62,869 nucleotides of DNA from Candidatus Hermodarchaeota archaeon. GTDB lineage: Archaea > Asgardarchaeota > Lokiarchaeia > Sigyniarchaeales > SOKP01. Under the pieces are notes generated by a model that worked only from the letters and a program-made list of their open reading frames with translations, did no database searches and had not been told where the DNA came from. The position numbers and the translations under genes were made by a program. This document shows positions 39,202-49,370 of the stretch, one piece after another (positions within the stretch are counted from its first letter, which is position 1; each line of letters starts with the position of its first letter). The stretch covers positions 1-62,869 of the forward strand of contig JBHLLP010000018.1 in the NCBI GenBank assembly GCA_048885525.1, read 5' to 3'.

Positions 39202-40653
39202 GTGATCTTTTATATGGAAGCTTTAACAAAAAGAATATTGGCAATTGTTATCATAGCTGTTGTAGGTGTAGGTATCGGTGTTGGCGCTTGGATTTTCCTT
39301 TTAGCGCCTGGTGCTGGTGAATATTCATGGGGTTCTAAGGATTGTCCTGGTGCTCCGGCGGGAGTAGATCCAGATAATATTATAAAATTTGGAATTACTG
39401 GTGATATAGGTGAAATAACTGGAGATGGTGCTTGGGAAGGGGCCTGGCTTGCTGCATATGAAATAAATCAAGCAGGAGGAGTAGTTCTCAATGGTACTAC
39501 TTATTATATTGGGATTACAAGGGAGGATACAGATGAAGCTAATCCTAATTTAGTTACATCGCGAGGAATTGCAGCAGCAGAGAGATTAGTTTATAATAAA
39601 AAAGTTCAATTCGGTATCGGAGGTTTCAGATCAGAGGCATTATTAGCATATCAAGAAGTTTTCATGGATAATGAAATCATCTTTATCGGCACTGGTGCTG
39701 CTACAGATGTATTTTGTGAAAATGTGAGATCCTGGTATACAAGATATAAATATTTCTGGAGAACTATGCCTATAAACTCAACCGCTTTAGGAGGTCAAAT
39801 CTTTGCTTATCTTTTTACAATGATAGCTGTTTTGAACGGAACCTTTTCAGGAGAAATTCAAAATCTTGGAATAATTTACGAAGACTTAACCTGGACAGAA
39901 GATTTGGTTGCTGCTGTGAGTTATTACTTTGGACCTTATGGACCACTTCCAGCATATAAAAATATGCTTAAAGCAAGTATCGCATATGATGTTACCTTAA
40001 CTGCTGCAGACATGCTTACTCATGTGAATACACTTATAGCAGCTGACTGTGATATTGTAATACCCGTGATATCCGCTCAAGGTGGACTTATGATGATGCA
40101 GCACTATGCCACTCTTCAACCAAACTTTTTGGTTATAGGTATTGATGTACAATCACAGTTGGATACATTTTGGACCCAGACTAATGGAGATTGTCTATAC
40201 GAGATTGTCATGCAAAGCATACACGTAACTAATAAAACTGATACTACATTATCCTTTTGGAACGCTTTTAGGGCTAAATGGGGTCATGATCCCCTTTATA
40301 CAGCATCAGGTACTTATGATGCTTTAAATTTTCTCGTATGGGCAATCGAAGAAACTCAATCATTAAGAGCATGGCCAGATCTTACTTTACAAATGGAGAC
40401 CGCCACTAAAGCAAATGTACTTGCGAATCCTGGAGACTTTCCTGGAAGTGTTGGTGGACTAGGGGCTTTTTGGCCTGAAACTCATGATCTTGTTGCAGGA
40501 TTTCCATATGGATATACGCTATGGGTTCAATGGCAAGCAAACGCAACTAAAGTGATCATGCCATCATATGGCTCCTGTTACATTGATTCTTACCTTACAA
40601 ACATAGGAATGTGGGCGATACCACCGTGGGTTCTTACTGATTGGACTACATAA
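39202..40653 (+). CDS. Branched-chain amino acid (Liv-type) ABC transporter substrate-binding protein, N-terminal TM anchor
   Basis: GAWLAAYEINQAGG, GGFRSE, YDA; first gene of the liv operon. Confidence 0.88.
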   Translation: MIFYMEALTKRILAIVIIAVVGVGIGVGAWIFLLAPGAGEYSWGSKDCPGAPAGVDPDNIIKFGITGDIGEITGDGAWEGAWLAAYEINQAGGVVLNGTTYYIGITREDTDEANPNLVTSRGIAAAERLVYNKKVQFGIGGFRSEALLAYQEVFMDNEIIFIGTGAATDVFCENVRSWYTRYKYFWRTMPINSTALGGQIFAYLFTMIAVLNGTFSGEIQNLGIIYEDLTWTEDLVAAVSYYFGPYGPLPAYKNMLKASIAYDVTLTAADMLTHVNTLIAADCDIVIPVISAQGGLMMMQHYATLQPNFLVIGIDVQSQLDTFWTQTNGDCLYEIVMQSIHVTNKTDTTLSFWNAFRAKWGHDPLYTASGTYDALNFLVWAIEETQSLRAWPDLTLQMETATKANVLANPGDFPGSVGGLGAFWPETHDLVAGFPYGYTLWVQWQANATKVIMPSYGSCYIDSYLTNIGMWAIPPWVLTDWTT

Positions 40654-40864
40654 TTAAAAAAATAAAATCCTAATTTAAATAATAAATATCATCTTTTTTT
40701 TTAATATTTATAAAAATATAATTTCCTCTTTATTTCATAATTTTTTTAAATAGATTTAATTATATTTTTGTCCAGAAGTAATAGAAGAGTTAGCTTTATA
40801 AAATATGAGATAAAATATAATTATATACAATGTATATTATGAAAAATCTCTTGAGTAAATAATT

Positions 40865-41764
40865 ATGGCTACAATTGGTATAGATATAATGAACATGTTA
40901 TTCAATGGTACTTTAACAGGTGCTGTATACGCATTAATTGCAATGGGATATTCATTAGTCTATGGGGTAGGAGGTATAATGAATTTATCACATGGAGCGT
41001 ATTTTATGTTAACTGGATATTTATTATTATGGATGCTGCAATCTCCATTTTTCTTAGGTCTTGAATGGTTAACTGTTATTATTGCCTTGATTGTAATTAC
41101 AGTTATTGGAGGACTTACATTTTTACTTTTAATAAAGCCTTTACAAGATTCTCATGTAGCTGTGGTAATAGCTACTTTTGGATTAGCGTTCTTGTTAGAG
41201 CAAATAGTTATTATTTCTCCCTCCGGAACAGAAGTATGGTCTATTGGTCAATTAGAAGTGCTTCAAGGATTTACGATGGTTTTAGGATATCCTATTGTTC
41301 ATCAGTATGTTTTTCTTATCATTATGTCTATCATAATTGTTTTATTATTTGCATTATTCATTAATAAATCCAGACTAGGGAAATCAATTAGAGCTGTCTC
41401 ACAAGATCGTGAGGCTGCTGAACTTATGGGGATAAATTCTAACAGAATTCTCTTATATACTGTTATGATTTCAGCACTTCTAGCGGGTGTAGCTGCTTTT
41501 ATGTATTTACCGGGAGCTTCATTAGATGGCCCTGCTATGGGTTGGGGATATTTAACAAATTCATTTGCAATCGTGATTCTTGGAGGGATGGGAAGTCTGG
41601 TAGGAAGCGTAGTTGGAGCTTTTATTGTTGGTTACATAATCCAATTTACTAATGTTTTTATTCCCAATGGTCCATCCTGGGCTCATTTGGTACCAATAAT
41701 AATTATAGTTATAATACTTTTAATAAGACCTCAAGGGTTATTTGGAAAGAAAGAACTTAGGTAA
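40865..41764 (+). CDS. livH: Liv-type ABC transporter permease
   Basis: YALIAMGYSLVYG, NLSHG, LGKSIRAVSQDREAAELMGIN, RPQGLFG. Confidence 0.93.
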   Translation: MATIGIDIMNMLFNGTLTGAVYALIAMGYSLVYGVGGIMNLSHGAYFMLTGYLLLWMLQSPFFLGLEWLTVIIALIVITVIGGLTFLLLIKPLQDSHVAVVIATFGLAFLLEQIVIISPSGTEVWSIGQLEVLQGFTMVLGYPIVHQYVFLIIMSIIIVLLFALFINKSRLGKSIRAVSQDREAAELMGINSNRILLYTVMISALLAGVAAFMYLPGASLDGPAMGWGYLTNSFAIVILGGMGSLVGSVVGAFIVGYIIQFTNVFIPNGPSWAHLVPIIIIVIILLIRPQGLFGKKELR

Positions 41765-41784
41765 TAGAAGAAAAAGAGGGGAAG

Positions 41785-42846
41785 ATGAAAATGTTAAATT
41801 TAAAATTATTAAAAGAAAAGGTGAATGAATTTCCGCGTTACTTAAAGTCTTGGGTTAAAACTTTCACTGGTAGTTTAACAATATTATGTTTATTCATACT
41901 TTTTGTTATGCCATTTTTTTCTACTAATCGAAGTTTTACGCATGTTTTCCTGCGCCAATTTTCACTAGCTATGATATTTGCAATTTTTGCTGCTAGTTGG
42001 GATCTTCTAACTGGTATCTCAGGACAAATAAGTTTTGGACATGCAATATTCTTTGGAATATCAGGATATCTTTGTGCTTACTTAGTTAAATTTCAACATT
42101 TCCCGATATGGTTATCAATAATTTTAGGTGCAGTGGGGGCTGTGATTTTTGGTTTAGTGATAGGAATTCCATGCTTAAGACTAAAAGGTCCATATCTAGC
42201 ATTAGGAACTCTCGCAATGAGCTTAATACTATTAAAGTTATTTTTAATGGGTTCATTAGAACCTTGGCTTTTTGGTTCGGAAGGAATACCAGCAATTCCA
42301 AGGTGGACTGATAGCCCAGTAGTAGAATATTTTATAATATTTATTTTTATGATATTTACATTTGTTGCTTTAATTCAAATATCAAAATCTAAATTCGGCA
42401 CCATTTTAAAATCAATTAGAGATGATGAGACAGGATCTGGTGCATCAGGAATTAATACTACGAAATATAAAGTTTATGCTTTCATGTTAAGTTCTTTATT
42501 CGCGGGGCTTGCAGGTGCTTTCTATGCTTTTTATATTAGAGCCGTAAACCCTACGGGAAACTTTGGTACGGTCATTTCATTTTTTGCAATTCTAATGGCA
42601 TCCTTAGGTGGAATAGCAACAATTTCTGGAGCCGCCCTAGGTGCATTTTTCTTTATCTTTCTTGAATATGCTCTTATTGAAATTGGAGTTGTGGAGATTG
42701 GGAATTTAGCAATCGATTTTGCTCTTTATAAATTTGCAATTTTTGCTGTAATATTAATAATTATTATTCGCTTTGCTGAACATGGTATTTTAAGACCTTT
42801 ATTGGAACGTTTAAAAGATCTATGGGATGTGTTGTTAGGGAGATAA
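41785..42846 (+). CDS. livM: Liv-type ABC transporter permease
   Basis: GQISFGHA, LRLKGPYLAL, IRDDE...GIN. Confidence 0.93.
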   Translation: MKMLNLKLLKEKVNEFPRYLKSWVKTFTGSLTILCLFILFVMPFFSTNRSFTHVFLRQFSLAMIFAIFAASWDLLTGISGQISFGHAIFFGISGYLCAYLVKFQHFPIWLSIILGAVGAVIFGLVIGIPCLRLKGPYLALGTLAMSLILLKLFLMGSLEPWLFGSEGIPAIPRWTDSPVVEYFIIFIFMIFTFVALIQISKSKFGTILKSIRDDETGSGASGINTTKYKVYAFMLSSLFAGLAGAFYAFYIRAVNPTGNFGTVISFFAILMASLGGIATISGAALGAFFFIFLEYALIEIGVVEIGNLAIDFALYKFAIFAVILIIIIRFAEHGILRPLLERLKDLWDVLLGR

Positions 42847-42878
42847 TATATAAATAAAGTTATCAGAGGGATTAAATT

Positions 42879-43619
42879 ATGGGTGTTATTTTAGAAGTTA
42901 AAAATTTGACTAAAAAGTTTGGTGGTTTAACAGCTGTTAACGATTTTAGCTTTGAAATTAAACGAGGAGAATTTGTTGGGTTAATAGGTCCAAATGGTGC
43001 TGGAAAAACCACTGTATTTAATTTAATTAGTGGTTTTGAAAAGCCAAGTTCTGGGAAAATTCGATTTGACGGAATGGATATTACTGGAATGCGTCCGTAT
43101 AAAATTGTTAACAAAGGAATTGCAAGAACCTTTCAATTAGTTAGATCATTTAAATTCTTAAGTATACTTGACAATGTTCAAGTTGCATGTCTTTCAAAAA
43201 GGGGTAAAAAAGTGTCAAAAAAGGTAGGAACTGAAGCCTATGCTAGTTCAATACTTGCATCATCCGGTCTTGTAGATAAAGCTAGAATTCCCCCAATCAT
43301 TTTACCTCATGGTGATTTAAGAAAGTTACAGATTAGCAAAGCTCTTGGAACTAATCCCGAGTTACTTCTTCTTGATGAACCATTCAGTGGTCTTTCTCAC
43401 GAAGAACAGTTAGTTATTACAGATTTAATTAATAAATTACATTATGATGGAGTTACAATTTTTATAACAGGTCATGTTATGCGTGAACTTATGACATTAG
43501 TTCCCAGAGTAATTGCTATGCATCAAGGAAAATTTATAGCTGATGGTCCTCCTCGCGAGGTTGCCAATAATAAAATTGTATTAGAAGCATATTTAGGTAG
43601 AGGTGAAGCATTTGCTTGA
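42879..43619 (+). CDS. livG: Liv-type ABC transporter ATPase
   Basis: FGGLTAV, GPNGAGKTT, ARTFQ, LLLDEP. Confidence 0.93.
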   Translation: MGVILEVKNLTKKFGGLTAVNDFSFEIKRGEFVGLIGPNGAGKTTVFNLISGFEKPSSGKIRFDGMDITGMRPYKIVNKGIARTFQLVRSFKFLSILDNVQVACLSKRGKKVSKKVGTEAYASSILASSGLVDKARIPPIILPHGDLRKLQISKALGTNPELLLLDEPFSGLSHEEQLVITDLINKLHYDGVTIFITGHVMRELMTLVPRVIAMHQGKFIADGPPREVANNKIVLEAYLGRGEAFA

Positions 43620-44316
43620 CATTAAAAAAATTTATCATTATTATGGTAAGGCAAGAGCTCTAGAAGAGATAAATTTGACTATAGAAGAAGAGTCTCTCGA
43701 ATCTGTTATCGGACCTAATGGAGCTGGAAAGTCTACTCTTCTTAGAGTTATATCAGGTTTAGAAGAACCTGATAGAGGAAAAATAATATTTCTTGGAGAA
43801 AGGATAGATGAATCAAAAGCTTATCGAATTGCTAGAAAAGGTATTGCCCACTGTCCAGAGCGTCGTAGATTATTCTATGATATGACTGTTAAGGAAAATC
43901 TTGAATTGGGTGCTTACTCACTCAAAGATAGGAAAAAATTTAAAGAATTACTTAATTTTGTATTTGAGTTATTTCCTCGTCTTGAAGAAAGAAAAAAACA
44001 AAGAGCTGGAACATTAAGTGGTGGAGAACAACAGATGCTTGCTGTTGCACGCTCATTAATGTCCAATCCGAAGCTTCTTTTGATGGATGAACCATCTTTA
44101 GGATTAGCTCCAAAAATAAAAGAAGCTATATTCGAAGCTATTCAACAAATAAAAAAAGAAGGTACTACTACTTTGTTAGTTGAGCAGGATGCTGTTTTAG
44201 CAATGCAAGTCTCTGATTATATTCATGTTCTTGAAGAAGGAAAAATTGAAATGAGAGGGACAAAGCAAGAGTTAGAAAAAGAACCTCGTATAAAACAAGT
44301 ATATTTAGGAATTTGA
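43603..44316 (+). CDS. livF: Liv-type ABC transporter ATPase
   Basis: GPNGAGKST, LSGGEQQML, DEPSLGLAP; true start possibly TTG 43612. Confidence 0.93.
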   Translation: MKHLLDIKKIYHYYGKARALEEINLTIEEESLESVIGPNGAGKSTLLRVISGLEEPDRGKIIFLGERIDESKAYRIARKGIAHCPERRRLFYDMTVKENLELGAYSLKDRKKFKELLNFVFELFPRLEERKKQRAGTLSGGEQQMLAVARSLMSNPKLLLMDEPSLGLAPKIKEAIFEAIQQIKKEGTTTLLVEQDAVLAMQVSDYIHVLEEGKIEMRGTKQELEKEPRIKQVYLGI

Positions 44317-44317
44317 G

Positions 44318-45739
44318 GTGAAAAAATTGTCAGCACCGTTAGAAAAATTATTGAGAGATGCTAGAATTGATCTAGTCTTATCTAGAATTGAAAAAGATGA
44401 ATCTGTCTTAAATGAAGTTATTACGCATTTAGATAGTGATATTAGGTCTATAAAATTCAATTCTATTCATGTTCTAGGAGAAGTAGGACAAAAATCGGTA
44501 AATGCCGTCTCAAAAATCATTAGCTGTTTAGAAGATGATGATTGGAGCATATGTCGAGAAGCAGCCCGATCGCTAGGAAAAATTGGTAATGTTGCTAAAG
44601 ATGCAGTCTCGCAATTATCTCATCTATTAAGTGATAAGGAAGAATCGATACGAAAGGAAGCTGCAATTGCTCTTGGTAAAATTAAACATCCCTCTCTAGA
44701 ATCGATATCTAGTTTAATAAGCGCTTTAAATGATGAGAATGAAGTGGTTAGAGCTGAAGTAGCAAAAGCACTTGGAGAACTTGGTTCAGAGGCGTTTGAA
44801 GCTATTCCTGCTTTAATGAAGAGTCTTAAAGATGTAAGTTGGACCGTTAGAACTGCTTCAGCTCAATCAATAAGTCAAATTGGAAGAGGATCTATAAAAG
44901 CAATCCCGAGTCTTATAACTGCACTGGAAGACCCAGATTGGAGAGTACGTTATAGGGTTGTAACTACTCTTTCTGAAATAGGAACCCCTGCAATTCCGGC
45001 TATTCTCGAAATATTAGATCATAAAAATAAAGTAGTAAGAAAAGAAGCAATTGACGCTTTAGGAGAGTTGAAAATCTCAGATCCCAAAATAATTGAAAAG
45101 ATTTCAGAATTATTGCATGATAAAAAAGAACAAGTCAGGGGAAAAGCAGCTGATGCACTCAGGAATGTTGGTAAAGAGGCTATCCCCGTTTTAATTAAAG
45201 AGCTTGATTCTGCTAAAACAGAGATGAAAAAAATATTAATCTCTGCGCTTGGGGGCATTGGTCTAGGAGCTAAAGAAGCAATTCCGGCTATTAGCGATTA
45301 TTTAAAAGTACCTAAACAATTGTTAGTTTATCCTGTTACTAATAGATTTAAACGAGCAATTTTAACCTTCCTAAATGACCCTTTTAAAAGAAAAACATCA
45401 ATTAGAGTAGAAGCTGCAAGAGCTTTAGGAAAAATTGGATTTGGTTCGGAAGATGCAATTAATGCCCTGCAAGATTCCTTAAAAGATCCTAGAAAAATTG
45501 TACGTCGTGAAGCAGCACTTGCTTTAGGTAAATTGGGTGAGTCAGCAAATATTGCAATTCCATTGTTATTAATTGCACTAAAAGATAGAAAACCTGATGT
45601 AAGGTGGAGAGCCTCTGAAGCACTAGGATTAATTGGAGTAAATACTGAAGATGTAATTTCAAATTTGAATGAACTAATCCATGATGAATGTGATTATGTA
45701 TGTGAGGCTGCTATAAACGCTCTCGACGAATTAACTTAA
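44318..45739 (+). CDS. HEAT/PBS-lyase repeat protein
   Basis: More than 10 repeats of L-x-D-x3-VR-x-AA-x-ALG-x-IG. Confidence 0.92.
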   Translation: MKKLSAPLEKLLRDARIDLVLSRIEKDESVLNEVITHLDSDIRSIKFNSIHVLGEVGQKSVNAVSKIISCLEDDDWSICREAARSLGKIGNVAKDAVSQLSHLLSDKEESIRKEAAIALGKIKHPSLESISSLISALNDENEVVRAEVAKALGELGSEAFEAIPALMKSLKDVSWTVRTASAQSISQIGRGSIKAIPSLITALEDPDWRVRYRVVTTLSEIGTPAIPAILEILDHKNKVVRKEAIDALGELKISDPKIIEKISELLHDKKEQVRGKAADALRNVGKEAIPVLIKELDSAKTEMKKILISALGGIGLGAKEAIPAISDYLKVPKQLLVYPVTNRFKRAILTFLNDPFKRKTSIRVEAARALGKIGFGSEDAINALQDSLKDPRKIVRREAALALGKLGESANIAIPLLLIALKDRKPDVRWRASEALGLIGVNTEDVISNLNELIHDECDYVCEAAINALDELT

Positions 45740-45996
45740 TAGGTCAAATAAATCAGCGAATTCCAAAAATTTGATAAGTAAACAAATAGAATTTTTTTAT
45801 AGAAGATTATATAATTACGAAATAAAATAATAAAATCTTTAAAAAAAATAATTTAATAATATCTTCCAAAAGAAGAACTTAGCTAATTAATTCAATACCA
45901 GAAGAATAGTTTTTATATTAATATACGTTTTCTATTTATAAAATAGAATTAATAGAATTTACTTAAAAATAATAAATACGAGGTAATTGAATAAAA

Positions 45997-47682
45997 ATGA
46001 GTGAAAATCCATATGCCGCAAAACCATGGTTAAAACATTATGATGAAGGAGTTCCGTATGAAGTAGAAATTCCGGAAATGAATATCTATGAGTTTCTTGA
46101 CAACACAACAAACGAATTTGGAAGTAGAACTGCTATTTGGTTTATGAAAAATAAGATATCCTATAAAAGACTCAAAGATGCTGCCGATAGACTTGCAACA
46201 GTTTTAGTTGATCTAGGTGTTAAAAAAGGGGATGTTGTTGCAATTATGCTTCCAAATATGCCGCAATTTGTAATTAGTTTCTATGGCATCCAGAAAGCTG
46301 GTGCTATTGTAACCGCATGTAGTGTTCTTCATACAGAACATGAATTAGCCTATCAATTAAATGATTCTGGAGCTGAAATAATAATAGCGTGGGATAGTCA
46401 ACTTGAGAAAATTATGAATATTAAGGAAAGGACGCGTCTTAGGCATATTATTATAACCAATGTATTCGATTATGGTCCTATGGCACCAAGGAATCCACCA
46501 GAAATATCAGGTACTATGCAATTCTTAAACTTAATTGAAAAAACAAAACCTATTCTACCTACATTTGAAACAAATGCTAAAGAAGATATAGCAATCCTTC
46601 AATATACGGGAGGAACAACAGGTTTACCCAAAGGAGCTATGCTTACACATTATAATCTCGTAGCAAATTGTGTACAGATGTATGAATGGACAAAATCTGT
46701 TTCGCAGAGAGGGAAAGCAACAGCATTAACAACATTACCTTTATTTCACATTTATGGGATGCAAGTTTGTATGAATGCATATATATACAGTGGAACTACA
46801 ATAGCATTACATCCTGATCCTCGAGATCAAAAAGGCCTTTTTGAAGTGATTAAAGCAACTCATCCAAGTCTTTTTCCTGGTGTGCCAACAATGTATATGC
46901 GTCTATTAGAACGTGATGACCTTGAAGACTATGCTAAAGACCTCAGATCAATTGAAGTTTGTAATACTGGCGCTGCCCCAATGCCTCCTGAGGTTCTCAA
47001 AGAGTTTGAAGAAAGAACAGGAGCTACTATTATAGAAGGATATGGGATGACTGAAGCCTCACCAGCTACCCATGTTAATCCATTAAAAGGAACGAGAAAG
47101 ATTGGCTCTGTAGGATTAGCATTGCCCAATACTGACTATCGGATCGTAGATCTTGATGATTATACTAAAATTCTCCCGATTGATGAATCTGGTGAAATAA
47201 TAATTAAAGGCCCGCAAGTTATGAAAGGTTATTGGAATAAACCAGAAGAGAGTGAAAACCAATTAAAAGATGGATGGCTTTTAACCGGTGATATTGGGAA
47301 AATGGATGATGATGGATACTTATATATAGTAGATCGAAAGAAAGATATGATAATTGTCAGCGGGTTTAAAGTTTATCCAAGAGAACTTGAAGATGTTTTG
47401 TTTGAGCATGAGGCAATCGAAAATGTTGCTATTATTGGACTTCCAGATCCCACAACACCTGGTAGCGAGCATGTTAAAGCCTATATAGTTCTTAAGGATG
47501 GTTATAGGGAAAGTGATGAAATTAAGAATGAGATAAAAGAATTTTGTAGAAAAAATGTAGCTCCTTATAAGGTTCCAAGGGAATTTGAATTTAGGAAAGA
47601 ATTACCTGAAACTCTAGTAGGTAAAGTTCTTCGTAAGGACTTAAAAGAGATAGAAGCTAAAAGGCGGGGAGAAGAAGTCTAA
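45997..47682 (+). CDS. Long-chain fatty acid--CoA ligase (FadD-like)
   Basis: YTGGTTGLPKG, EGYGMTE, TGD, DRKKD, GKVLR. Confidence 0.93.
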   Translation: MSENPYAAKPWLKHYDEGVPYEVEIPEMNIYEFLDNTTNEFGSRTAIWFMKNKISYKRLKDAADRLATVLVDLGVKKGDVVAIMLPNMPQFVISFYGIQKAGAIVTACSVLHTEHELAYQLNDSGAEIIIAWDSQLEKIMNIKERTRLRHIIITNVFDYGPMAPRNPPEISGTMQFLNLIEKTKPILPTFETNAKEDIAILQYTGGTTGLPKGAMLTHYNLVANCVQMYEWTKSVSQRGKATALTTLPLFHIYGMQVCMNAYIYSGTTIALHPDPRDQKGLFEVIKATHPSLFPGVPTMYMRLLERDDLEDYAKDLRSIEVCNTGAAPMPPEVLKEFEERTGATIIEGYGMTEASPATHVNPLKGTRKIGSVGLALPNTDYRIVDLDDYTKILPIDESGEIIIKGPQVMKGYWNKPEESENQLKDGWLLTGDIGKMDDDGYLYIVDRKKDMIIVSGFKVYPRELEDVLFEHEAIENVAIIGLPDPTTPGSEHVKAYIVLKDGYRESDEIKNEIKEFCRKNVAPYKVPREFEFRKELPETLVGKVLRKDLKEIEAKRRGEEV

Positions 47683-47707
47683 AAATATTAATTAAATTAC
47701 ATGTTTT

Positions 47708-47866
47708 TTAATCTAAATTTTCCTTTCTCCATTTTTTTATAAAATCTTTAAAATTATTTTCAGAGATTCCAAGTGAATTAATGTCATCCTGCTTTAGTTT
47801 CAAATCTGATTTAGGTTTATCTCTAAATGATTTTTCCCAGTCATAATATGAAACCGCTTTTGACAT
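47708..47866 (-). CDS. Candidate 52-aa microprotein MSKAVSYYDWEKSFRDKPKSDLKLKQDDINSLGISENNFKDFIKKWRKENLD
   Basis: ATG-to-TAA ORF with protein-like composition filling an intergenic gap; absent from the ORF track. Confidence 0.5.
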   Translation of the reverse strand: MSKAVSYYDWEKSFRDKPKSDLKLKQDDINSLGISENNFKDFIKKWRKENLD

Positions 47867-48054
47867 ATTTTTATAGAGAACTTTATAATTGATAAATTCA
47901 AACAGACTAATAGTTTTCTAATAATCTGGTAAAAGTAATATAAATTTATCTATTTAGATTAAAGCATTATAATCTAATCATTTGGTAATGAAGTATCCGA
48001 CAATATTTTTGAATTTTTTAAATGATTTTGGATTATTTAATATTAATTTGATGT

Positions 48055-49071
48055 TTATCTTTCTATAATAGAATATACCCGTTTGGGTCGACCTACTTTT
48101 TCTCCTTTTATAACTGTTTCTTCAATTAATCCTTCATTAAGTAAAAAATCTAGAATTTCTTTTAATTTTGTGCCCCCTATTTTTACCTGGCTGCTAAGAT
48201 CTCTAGTTTTTATCGTATTAGCTATTTTAATTGTATCTAATATTTTGGAAATTGGCTCTGGATATTCAATTTCAATTCTTTTAACCACAGTTAACACATC
48301 TAGATAATCTTTAGCTTGTTTTGCAAAAGGACCTCGAAATCCATCAATATGAAAGGTTTGGTCCTCTTTAAAAATTATTGAATTCAAATAATCCTCATCT
48401 ATAATTATGTTTCCCATATTCACAATGTCATCGTTATACCTAATAACTTGGCATGTCTTTTGTTCTGTTTGAATAATCTCGATTTTATTTTTTTTAAATA
48501 TATCAGTAATAATTTCAAGATAATTCGATATTGATTCAAAATCTGTTAATGAAAAATGGAGCTTAATTTTGATCCCCCTCCTATAAGCTTGATATAAACT
48601 TAGTTCTAACTTTTTCAACAAAGAGGGAGGTAAAGAGGTCATTATGATTTCTTTCTGGGTTGTATCAAATAAATTATAAAAATTTTCATATGCAAGATTA
48701 ATATCAGAATAATGGTAGAAGCTAATATCCTTAAGACATCGTCCAAATTTACTCTCTTGAATTCTTAATTCCTCATCAACTTTCTCTATATTTTTTTTAA
48801 AATTACTGAATTTTTCCTCCAAAAATCTATTTAAAGCAATTTTTGGATTAATTCTTATAAAGACCTTTGGTTTTGAATCTGTTGAAGATTCTACAAGGTT
48901 TTTTTCTTCTAAATAAAGAAGATTATGATACACTTGAGTATAAGAATAGTTCAATTCTGTTTTAATATCATTTATAGTTCCAAATTTATGCAATAAAAGA
49001 TATTGGTAAATCGCAATTTGAATATCTGAGAACCCAATCTCTTTTAGAAAAAGAAGAATATTTGAATTCAT
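48055..49071 (-). CDS. TrmB family transcriptional regulator with a second C-terminal wHTH
   Basis: N-terminal TrmB HTH (VYHNLLYLEEKNLV, PKVF...P); C-terminal LLNEGLI...GRPKRVY. Confidence 0.85.
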   Translation of the reverse strand: MNSNILLFLKEIGFSDIQIAIYQYLLLHKFGTINDIKTELNYSYTQVYHNLLYLEEKNLVESSTDSKPKVFIRINPKIALNRFLEEKFSNFKKNIEKVDEELRIQESKFGRCLKDISFYHYSDINLAYENFYNLFDTTQKEIIMTSLPPSLLKKLELSLYQAYRRGIKIKLHFSLTDFESISNYLEIITDIFKKNKIEIIQTEQKTCQVIRYNDDIVNMGNIIIDEDYLNSIIFKEDQTFHIDGFRGPFAKQAKDYLDVLTVVKRIEIEYPEPISKILDTIKIANTIKTRDLSSQVKIGGTKLKEILDFLLNEGLIEETVIKGEKVGRPKRVYSIIER

Positions 49072-49112
49072 ATTAATAAAAATTATATTAGTATTTTATA
49101 TCAATTAAAATA

Positions 49113-49170
49113 ATTTGTGACATAATTTAAATATTTTTTGTATGAAGATAAATTTTTTATTGTCACAAAT
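49113..49170. promoter_or_regulatory. Inverted pair ATTTGTGACA / TGTCACAAAT, candidate TrmB operators
   Basis: Perfect 10-bp inverted repeat with a 38-nt spacer, in the divergent promoter region. Confidence 0.55.
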
Positions 49171-49218
49171 AATACATTATCTTAATACATAAAAAATAAT
49201 TTTGATGTGATTTATTAA

Positions 49219-49350
49219 ATGGCTCAATGTAAAGATTGTAAATTTTATAAACCAATTGATGAAACTAAAGGAGATTGTTTTGGTCATGAAGTTCCTGCTA
49301 CACTTGATGTTTCCAACTGTCCTGCTAATTCTTTTCAACCCCGTGAATAG
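49219..49350 (+). CDS. 43-aa four-cysteine microprotein (possible Fe-S or Zn binding; BssC/HiPIP-like pattern)
   Basis: MAQCKDCKFYKPIDETKGDCFGHEVPATLDVSNCPANSFQPRE; GATGTGA RBS-like sequence upstream. Confidence 0.75.
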   Translation: MAQCKDCKFYKPIDETKGDCFGHEVPATLDVSNCPANSFQPRE

Positions 49351-49370
49351 TATTAAATGATAAAAAAAAG

